A DNA stretch of 63,275 nucleotides, filler included, from Bigelowiella natans CCMP2755 (lineage: Eukaryota > Protista > Cercozoa), in the NCBI GenBank assembly GCA_000320545.1. It is 5 parts of 5 records of this genome, joined end to end, with 100 filler letters (N's around TTAATTAATTAA, not from the genome) between each part and the next. Parts side by side here need not be neighbours in the genome. Positions count along the whole stretch, not along the records: positions 25,413 to 56,829 come from ADNK01000842.1; positions 56,930 to 59,639 come from ADNK01000323.1; positions 59,740 to 61,867 come from ADNK01001451.1; positions 61,968 to 63,275 come from ADNK01002467.1; 1 more part is not named here. One strand, given 5' to 3'. How positions within the stretch are numbered: position 1 is the first letter of the stretch; every line of letters starts with the position of its first letter. The notes beneath the pieces are model-generated. The model did not search any database. It was not told where the DNA came from and saw only the letters and a program-made list of their open reading frames with translations. Both the position numbers and the translations under genes were made by a program. Positions 54,506 to 63,275 of this stretch are shown one piece after another.

Positions 54506-56386
54506 TCACTTTCTCAGGGTTTCAAGCAACGTGTAATTTCGGATCCGTCACGAGTGTCCAATATGAAGGAGCTGTATATACTCCTGATCAAGGCTATCAA
54601 AAAGGCAATATCCGTAGTTTCAGCACCAGCAGTAGTAGTAGCAGTAGTAGTAGTACCAGTACTAGCAGTAGAAATTCTGATATTGCGTATATTCTGCCAC
54701 TATTGTCGGTGCACGTTGTCAGGCTGGGCAAGCGCTACTGAGGGTCGACTATACTTTGCAGAAAGGGAAGAAGAAGGGGGAGGAGGAGGAGGAGAAGAAG
54801 GAGCAATCCCATGATGATATCAAGAAGATCATTGAGGTAATAAATGAGAAGTCACGTGATGATGATGATGATGATAACGATATATACTAATCTCTCCTCA
54901 CTTGCTTCTCCCCATCAATATCCTTTCCCTCGCCCATCATCATCATCATCATCATGATAATAATCATCATCACCATCATCATCATCATCCATTTCCCCTT
55001 ATCGTCTTGCCGTGGCGGTGATGCTGCAATGAAAGGTGGTTACACGCGCTGCTGATCGATGCGAAGTGACACGCAGCGCAGTGGAAGCGCTGCCGCCGCT
55101 CCAAGAAACGCGTGCGGTGTTCAGGAACATCTCGAGCATCATGGACTGCCTCGGTGATGAGGCATTCTGCCCCTCTTACACTTCCCCCCCCCTCCCTCTC
55201 TCCCACTCACTCGTAGAGAGCTTTCTATATGCTACCCATGTACACGGGGGTTGCAAGTGTTCTTCGTTGTGTGTGTGGTGTTCTCTCTTCTCTTCTTCTT
55301 CTTCTTCTTCTCCTTCTTCTCCACCAAGGCCACTACTACCACTTCCACCACCCCATCTGCCTACCCCCACTTCCTCCTCCTCTCCTTCTTCTTCGTCTTC
55401 GTCTTCGATTGTGTCACATCGCCTCATATCTAGCCGGGCTGTTATTGCGTATGATGAGTGTGTGTGCGTGTGTGTGTGCTTGTGTGTGTGCTTGTGCTTG
55501 TGTGTGTGTGTGTGTGCTTGTGTGCGTCATGTTTATACCATGGACGCCAACCATTAAGGCTGCGACAAGTGCAAGGTGCGGTCGGCCGACATAGATACTA
55601 CCGCACACGCACACGCACACGCACACGCACACGCACACACACACACACACACACACATACATGCTCACACAGCAAGGCGGATTCATGTTCTTCTTGCATG
55701 GTTGATAATGGAAAGATATAGTGCTGATGATAAAAATGATTATTATTTTTGAGATAATGGTAATGGGGATGTCACCATGATGATGATGATGATGATGATG
55801 ATAATGATGATGATGATAGTTATGATACACCTCCTCCTCATATTCCTCCTCTTCCCGATCAATATTCTTCCCTTTGTCCCTTCTCTCTCCTCATCATCAT
55901 CACCCCCCCCTCCTGTAATCGAAAGTTGTGGGGTAAGCTGCAGTTCCAAGGTGTGGGTACTGCACTGAGGATTCTCTACGACCAAAGTACGTTAAAACGA
56001 ATGAAGAAAACTATGAAGAAGAAGAAGAAGAAGATGATGATGATGATGATGATGGATGTTCCTCTGATGCCTAGGAACGTATCGTTGATTGCTCCCATCT
56101 AATGTCTCTTATCCGTCGTCATAATAACACATAATACTTCAAACTACTGCTGCTGCTGCTACTCTACCCTAGATTCGGTTCAAAAACTCAAGCGGATCGA
56201 GGCTATTGCGCTCATAAATACGGCCAAAAAGATCGCATATTCCCCTCACCAGGTTAGTGGAAGTATACGCTACAAACGAGGGGGTGGGGGGGATGGGAAG
56301 GATTCAACCTGGGGTGGGGACCGTCACTATCACCCACAAACAATACAGATTTTTAAGCGCAGCACTCGAGCCACCCACTCATTCAG

Positions 56387-56417
<31 letters not shown>

Positions 56418-56595
56418 TTTATCATCACTGAATGCACACGATTGTCATCGCCATCATGGTCAGGTCGCCGTAATGAGGAAGATGGTGGTGGGTGATAATG
56501 ACGGTGAATATCCCTGGAAGATCTGGATTGATGACGTCGCCTCCAGAATCTCCACCAGCATCAGCAATCTCGTCTCTCAGGAAAACATGCGGTAG
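51861..56595 (+). CDS. ERO1: ER oxidoreductin 1
   Basis: Signal peptide; PFFKFYRL, CASPDCAVCE, YVDLTLNPERWSGY, IWRAIYSENC, KLISGLHTSITMHI, FRNISSIMDCL|GCDKCK|LWGKLQFQGVGTALRIL. Confidence 0.93.
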
Positions 56596-56829
56596 TAGCA
56601 GCAGTAGTAGCAGTAGTAGCAGCAGTAGTGGTGGTGAGTGGGAGAGTTTGTAGTAGCAGTATAGAAATGAGGAACAGTAGCAATGTAAGTGTGAATGCGA
56701 CGAGGAGGAGGAGGAGGAGGAGGAGGAGGAGGAGGAAGCGGAGAAAGTCCAATTTAAAGAGACAGTTCATTCCGTGAATAGAAGTGCTTGTTGGAGTACT
56801 GTGTGTGTGTGTTTGTGTGTGTGTGTGTG

Positions 56830-56929
56830 NNNNNNNNNNNNNNNNNNNNNNNNNNNNNNNNNNNNNNNNNNNNTTAATTAATTAANNNNNNNNNNNNNNN
56901 NNNNNNNNNNNNNNNNNNNNNNNNNNNNN
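56830..56929. other. Assembly gap spacer
   Basis: N44-TTAATTAATTAA-N44. Confidence 0.97.
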
Positions 56930-57066
56930 CCGGATTGGTGTGTGTTTAAAGAAAAAATTAAATTGCTATAAAAAGATATATATATATATATCCATTTCTA
57001 AAAAAGCCCCCCCCCCCCCCCCCCCCCTAACCCTAACCCCCCCCGCCCGTTATTTACGACGTCCAC

Positions 57067-59562
57067 TTACGAAGTCCTCCGCGGCGTGGGCACCAATTTC
57101 CCTCCTGTACCTGAACATGCAGCAAACATACAAAATCCGTTGTTATCATTCAGAGTGAAAAAGAGGATAAAGGTATACAGCAAAGCTTCCGCACCTTTGC
57201 GCCAGGAACCGAGCGTATGGAATCGTGAGAGAGAAGGGCAGCACAACCTGCAGTTAAGGCCGTTTTGTCAGCCATTCCATGTTGATTTTCATCACCCTCG
57301 CGCCACACAATGTGTCGTATGTTTCTGTCCGCGAAGGACTCGTCGATCGCCTACCTGCCGACCAGATTTGTCCAGAAACCTCGGAGCATCTGGGTAGATG
57401 AAGAAACAAGGTGAAGGGCAAGGGGAAACGAACATTATTCGGAGAAAATGAAATCGGCAGTGATGGCGTTCGATGCTGCCAGCGCTACGACGTAATCGTA
57501 CATTCGCATTTTACGCGCGCGCGCACACGCATACAGGGAGATAAGAGAGAGAGAGAGAGAGAGAGAGAGACGGAAGAAACACCACACATGCAGGTATGCA
57601 TATCATGCTTTGTGAATGCTACTCTTATCGAAGTCCCACGTGCCCCTTTTCTTCGGTCGCAGAAGTGGCGGCGACATACGATTACTTCCTGCACAAGCGG
57701 GAGAACGAAACACTTACACTTCCACGCTTTTACCAAAATCTTACAACAAAAAAAGCGACAACGCAGCAAGAGAAGGAATGACGGCTGACCATGGGCTCTG
57801 AAGACCCCCTCCACAAACTGCAGCACACGATCTTTCACGGCGTTGGCGTGCGAAAACGCGTTCACTGTATTGGAGAATGCATTCATCGAAACCCTAGTAG
57901 CCGCTTGAGAGTACCGCTGCTGTGATTCCTGATGGGGCAGTCGTTGCAAATAGCAAAAAAACCACTCAAGAAAGGTCACGAGACACGAGCTTCTTTGGAC
58001 GGTGCATGCTGTTGTGTGAGCCACCACCATTCGGTCGTAGATGAAGTCGATTGCAGGCGAGGGCTCGATGGAGAAGAGCTTGTCTAACACACGGTGGTTG
58101 AACGAATCCCCTTTGAAAGAAGAGTAATAACGATGAGGGCACTAAGGGCGAGAAGAAGACGACCCAAAACGCGCACGTACCTTTGGTTGACAGCTTCACC
58201 AGAGCCTTCTCGAGAAGTTGCTCTCCTGCCGGGAAAAACACGCAATGATATCAGCCCGAAATGGATCATTTTGGGCACGATTTCTCACGAAGGGCGGTTG
58301 ATTGCGGAGACGAGCGGTGGGCGAGGATTCCAGATGATTCTCGCCCAAACATGTGTGGGAAAACATACAGCCTCGTCGCATGCTATCATCTATTCACGTC
58401 GAAGAAATATCGCTCTTGTGATAAGGGGGGGGGGGGGGGGGGGCTTTTTTCCCGAATCACGACCTAGTTCTATCGGTATCCGCTTATCTTCAAGGAGCAT
58501 CCTGATGGGTAAAACCACGCAATAGAAACAGCCTTAATCAGTGCGCGTGGGCCCTCAAAAGATGTCAGATCTTGGGGATTTTGTCCTGAAAAAAGTCTCC
58601 GGCGAAAAATCGTCATCACAATCATGCACGGCGGCGTCGTACTGTGCACTTGGCCTTTGCCTCGGGTCGGCTCGTAGCAGCTCTTCGATGATCTGCAAGT
58701 AGCAGTACCAGGGGTGAACGTTCAGGCTTGCTCCAGAAATTTCAAAGCGGCATTGAAGGAAAAACAACGTCGATGTTCAGAGAGAGAGTGTGTGCTTATG
58801 CTCATATGACATGTACATATATGTATGTGTATATTATATTTATTTATATTTGTGTACGACTGTCTGTTGTGGCACTACACTCCTCGAAGATCGCTGACTA
58901 CCGTAACCGTTGAGCTTTTGTTCTCGACTTTCGCCGCATTGCTAGCCTTGTTACTCCTCTTATCGCTTGCGTGCTATGTGAGTCATAGATCAGGGTGTCA
59001 GTGAACGACTCTTCTGCCATTTGCGCCATTTCAACCATGGTTCATCAACAACACAACAAACACACCTGTAGCTGCTGCTGCTGCTGCTGCTGCTTGTCCC
59101 CAAGAGCCCAGTCACCCTCTCCAATGCAACCGCCCTTTCGCAGCCTTCATTAATTTTCAAATCGCGGCATGAGGTCGTTTCGAAATCTCGCGTTGGGGAG
59201 GGGGGAGGGAGGGGGGGGGGGGGGTGGGCCTCCTTACAGGGCTTCGAGTGCTTATTATTATGTGCTGCTCTAGTGTTACTGTATGATAGCGTTTGCCCTT
59301 TCCTGCCCGGTGTGAAACGGCCGAAATAGCTCGTAGAGAATGATGCCTTATCAATATACATGCGTGAGTCATCGTCACAAGGGTATTTGTCAGGCGTGTT
59401 TGGGATTTCCAGATAGCAGTGCTGCAAACAATCATGATGGCGGTGGCTTGTGTACAGCGAATGCGGTGCCATCTTATTTCATCTTCTTTGTTTTCCCCCT
59501 TCTTCTTCTCCTCTAACTATATCACCTAGTGCATACATATCCGCCTTGGAGTCGTACTTTTT
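57067..59562 (-). CDS. GCN2: eIF2-alpha kinase GCN2, internal fragment (end of kinase domain plus start of HisRS-like domain), bounded by gaps
   Basis: KKYDSKADMYALG, IIEELLRADPRQRPSA, DKLFS..DFIYD, VEGVFRAHG, RFLDKSGRQ|VVLPFSLTIPYARFLAQ. Confidence 0.8.
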
Positions 59563-59639
59563 CTAAACACAGGAAAGATGGGCGGGATGGAAGAAAAATA
59601 GGGTGGGGGAAGAAGGGGAGAAGGGGGGGGGGGGGGGGG

Positions 59640-59739
59640 NNNNNNNNNNNNNNNNNNNNNNNNNNNNNNNNNNNNNNNNNNNNTTAATTAATTAANNNNN
59701 NNNNNNNNNNNNNNNNNNNNNNNNNNNNNNNNNNNNNNN
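59640..59739. other. Assembly gap spacer
   Basis: N44-TTAATTAATTAA-N44. Confidence 0.97.
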
Positions 59740-59821
59740 GCATGGTGGTGTGGACACACACACACACACACACACACACAACACACACACTATATATTTG
59801 TATTCGTTGTTATATGGCGCG

Positions 59822-59972
59822 CTATTGCAGCACGTACTTGGCGAGGGGTTTCACAAGATCATGGACTAAATGGAAACTGATAACAATGATATATGGGGGG
59901 GGGACAGAGGACCTGCCTTTAGGCTAATATAGTACTCATAATCCGCGCAGGGTAACGTTGTGTGGCGGGAAA

Positions 59973-60024
<52 letters not shown>

Positions 60025-60108
60025 TCCCCACCCCCCCCTTTCTCTTTCTTCTCCACACGACGACAACATCACCACCATCACCACTAATGCTTATCTTACA
60101 CACACACT

Positions 60109-60163
<55 letters not shown>

Positions 60164-61351
60164 CACAACACAAACACGCTGCTCTGACCAATTGTGAGTC
60201 GCATCTTGGGAAAGCATCAGTCTCTTCTGTTTAGAGGGGCATGCTACAATAATACCACACCACATTGGAGGATTGAGAGAGGAGGAGGAGGAGGAGGAGG
60301 AGGAGGAGGAGGAGTAGCATTGCATCATGAACCCATCCATCGCGAGTATCTTCTCTCCCCCCCCCCGTTAGTGCTAGATGCTACCGCGGAAGAGCCTCGT
60401 GGACATGACGTGGGGAATGACTTCATCCTTCTTCCCATGAACAAAGAGGACCGGACACCTCACCTGGTTGATCTCGGCCACGTTCGGCCACGCCTCCTGG
60501 ATGGTGTACCATCGTATGTTTCTCTTTGGCTATGTAGAAGCGCAAACAAGCCACGACGAGCACAATCCAGGCGAAGGCAGACGGAGAAGATCGATTGAAA
60601 CAGAAAAGCATGCTCCATTGCGTGCGGCTTGTTGTAGAGGTGGAGCAAAGCTGATGCGCCCTTCTCCCCCCCCCCCCCCCTCTCCCATTACTTCCCCTAT
60701 ATTTCGGGATGAACTACCGCCATGACAAATCTAGCAGCGGAGGAGAAGCTTCGAGCGGCGTCCAGGATGGAGGTGAAGGGGCTCTAAGTAAGTATATATA
60801 TATATATATATATATATATACGTATTTACTCGTAAGTCTGTAATGATAATAATGATGATTCTAATGGTGATGAGGATGATGATGGTGATGACGATGATGA
60901 GAACACCCACCTGCAGGACTAACCCTCCGATTTTTACTTTCTTCTTACATAGCTCCGACGCCAGCCTTTGAGGCGATGGTGATGATTATTGAAGAATGAT
61001 GATGATGATGATGATGATGTTAAGGGGAAAGTTTGGCAGATCTCTTTCTTTTCCCCTTCTCTACCCTCCCTTCTCCCTCTCTCACTCTCTCTCTCTCGCA
61101 CACACACACACACACACACATCACGATGCAAGTAACAGCATTAACAGCAACAACAACGACACAGACAGCAAAGTGGCGTGTATTCTTCTCACCGGCAGGT
61201 CGGCCCTGTACCGAGAGATCTCCCGAATAAAATTATCTGAGAAGTGTGCGTATGGCAATCAGGAGTCTTGCGCTAAAGATGGCGGCAGAGTACTCAAAGA
61301 GCAGGTTCGGTCTCAAAGTCTGCACAGCTAGATTCGGTTATGTACTCTTCG

Positions 61352-61389
<38 letters not shown>

Positions 61390-61792
61390 TACATCGCCCA
61401 CAAACCGAAGCTACAACATGTAGGACAGGGAGAGGTGGGGACTACCCGTTCAGGCGGGACCCCGACTGTACTTGTGAGAAATTTGTAGACCTGATGGTGG
61501 GGAGGAGGGGGAGGAGGAGAAAGGATGAGCGCAGAAGAAAAACAAATACACGAACAAAAATTTCTAAATTCTTTTTGTGATTTCGTCACTCTGGGATTTT
61601 TTTTAAAAATGAATATCATCTGCTGTGATTGCATATTATCTATCTATCTATCTATCTATCATCATCATCACAGCTCCTCAAAATAGAGTAATACTACACC
61701 AGCACCTGCGTGAGATCTTCGTTTATCCGCTCTTCGGATGGTTTTCCATCGTATAGACCGTACCCGCAATATTCCATAGCGAGGAGGTGTAC
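59822..61792 (-). CDS. ABHD17/ABHD13-like alpha/beta hydrolase, 5'-truncated by a gap
   Basis: LLAMEYCGYGLYDGKPSE, IILFGRSLGTGPT, GGLVLQ|SPFTS, VRCPVLFVHGKKDEVIP, ATHN. Confidence 0.85.
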
Positions 61793-61867
61793 CTGCGTAT
61801 TCGCAGCACTATCAGCATCATCATCGTCTTCTTCCTCGTCACTCCCCCCCCCCCCCCCCCCCCCTGA

Positions 61868-61967
61868 NNNNNNNNNNNNNNNNNNNNNNNNNNNNNNNNN
61901 NNNNNNNNNNNTTAATTAATTAANNNNNNNNNNNNNNNNNNNNNNNNNNNNNNNNNNNNNNNNNNNN
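61868..61967. other. Assembly gap spacer
   Basis: N44-TTAATTAATTAA-N44. Confidence 0.97.
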
Positions 61968-62045
61968 ACATCTTCCATCCATCAGCTCGCTCTTTGTCGT
62001 CGCACAGCTCAAAAAGACTGCTAGGTACTGACTTTCCCTTACTGC

Positions 62046-62078
<33 letters not shown>

Positions 62079-62810
62079 TGGCTGGAAGAATTGTTTAATC
62101 ATCCCGCGTCGTTTCCTTCTTCGTTGTGCCTAATCATGCGGTTTGCGGTTTGCAGATCTTCAGCCTTCGACGACGTGCAGTACCAGCTGTGGAAACTCGA
62201 CCTGCTCTCCTCCTTCCAGGTCTACTACCACGACGCAGCACACGGCAAGAAACAGAATCATCGCTATTCTTCTGCACTTCCGTCGAGATGGAGACGACAA
62301 TGGACTATACGCACACACACGCACGCACATGCTTGTGATGATGATGATATAGAGCATTTAGATTCTTGCCACTCCCCTCCCCCCTCCAAAAGGCGTCCCG
62401 TCCATCAATCACTGAATGCATGTATCTTGAACCTCATCAGGAGAAGCTGGAGAGCGCTTGCTCTTGCGATTGCCTCTACTGGATCGACAGTGTCATACCC
62501 GTATTCTTTGAGGACATTTTCAAGAACCCTGACCAGGTGTGCGTGTGTGTGTGTGTATGTGTGAGTACGTGTGTGCCTGCTTGCAGTTACGTGTACATCT
62601 CACGACGGGACTTAAATATGGGAAGTAGCGGCAGTTTTGGTTGAGAAACCCGTCGTCGTTGTTCTTCCTCTTCTTGTTGTTCTTCTTCTTTTTCCTCTCG
62701 TTTGCGCTAGGTAACTCGCATTCCATACCTCCTGGCTGCTCTTCGTGACTGTCGGAGGCTGCTACTCTCTTACGACCCCACCCCCCCATCGACGCTGCTG
62801 GAGGGGAAGA

Positions 62811-62853
<43 letters not shown>

Positions 62854-63275
62854 GCGCATATGTGCCAGCCATGTAGCAACAACGACCGTACGATACGTGG
62901 AAATGAGCATGGCTGCGCTTGTTGTCTTGGCGTGTGAAGATTGTTGGCTGCTGCTGTCGTGTGTGTGCATAATAGACGACCGGTCCCAGCAAGCAAGCCG
63001 CGGCTTTCGTGAAGAGCTTCAAGGTTGTTTTGCACCTCCCCTCATCGTCTCATTAGTATAGTTTGAAGTATGCAAAGAGGAGGGGTGGGGGGATGGGATG
63101 TTTGTTGTTTACTGATAACATGTGACAAATATCGTGGTTGATTGTTTCCAAATTCCCCCCCCCCCCCCTCTTTGTTTCCTTTTCCCCCCTCCTCCTCTTC
63201 TTCCACGACGTTGTTTTCTACAGATGGAAGTCCTGGGCCATTTCGAGAAAAAGATCATTCAGCCGCTCTGTCGCG
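61968..63275 (+). CDS. WASHC4: WASH complex subunit 4 (SWIP/KIAA1033), internal fragment
   Basis: LWKLDLLSSFQ|EKLESACSCDCLYWIDSVIPVFFEDIFKNPDQ|VTRIPYLLAALRDC...KIIQPLCR resembles, from memory, WASHC4 [24 protein letters not shown]...LHYMFSALRDC. Confidence 0.8.

Larger units (their letters stand above)
156..63170. repeat. Dispersed simple-sequence repeats ((TA)n, (CA)n, (GA)n, (CAT)n, (TAG)n, (GAG)n, poly-C/G), mostly intronic
   Basis: Visible in large numbers; they account for most low-complexity ORFs in the supplied track. Confidence 0.95.

Noticed and set aside
57025-57040. CCCTAACCCTAACCC telomere-like repeat
   Set aside because: Only two units, embedded in poly-C runs near a gap.
136-63035. 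Hundreds of short ORFs with YIYI, THTH, RERE and poly-residue tracts
   Set aside because: They are translations of intronic microsatellites.

Overview
This is gene-dense, intron-rich nuclear DNA from a eukaryote, probably a flagellated protist because it carries BBS7; no taxon can be fixed from the sequence. It contains four 100-bp scaffold gaps (N44-TTAATTAATTAA-N44) and some homopolymer indel errors. About 18 spliced genes or gene fragments were reconstructed by eye. In order: ankyrin-repeat protein (-), peroxisomal alpha/beta hydrolase (+), SEC14/GOLD (-), secreted HS-type sulfotransferase (-), C2HC zinc-finger protein (+), ubiquitin-like protein ending RLRGG-P (+), syntaxin (-), eIF3j (+), second SEC14 (-), hypothetical (-), MBS1-like zinc finger (+), BBS7 (-), beta-sandwich/thioredoxin-like protein (+), ACOT8 (-), ERO1 (+), and fragments of GCN2 (-), an ABHD17-like hydrolase (-) and WASHC4 (+). 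Most ORFs in the supplied track are microsatellite artefacts. The most striking signal is non-coding. A 795-bp tract (6819-7613) has no TpA at all. A second tract of about 0.9 kb (13832-14725) keeps TpA almost only in CTA/TAG contexts. Next to it, two copies of a 57-bp repeat differ at 7 positions, all TA versus CA/TG. GCTAGC(AT) palindromes cluster in the zones downstream of gene 3' ends. Together these suggest a localized TpA-directed mutational or base-modification process linked to gene ends, opposite in direction to fungal RIP; this interpretation is inference.
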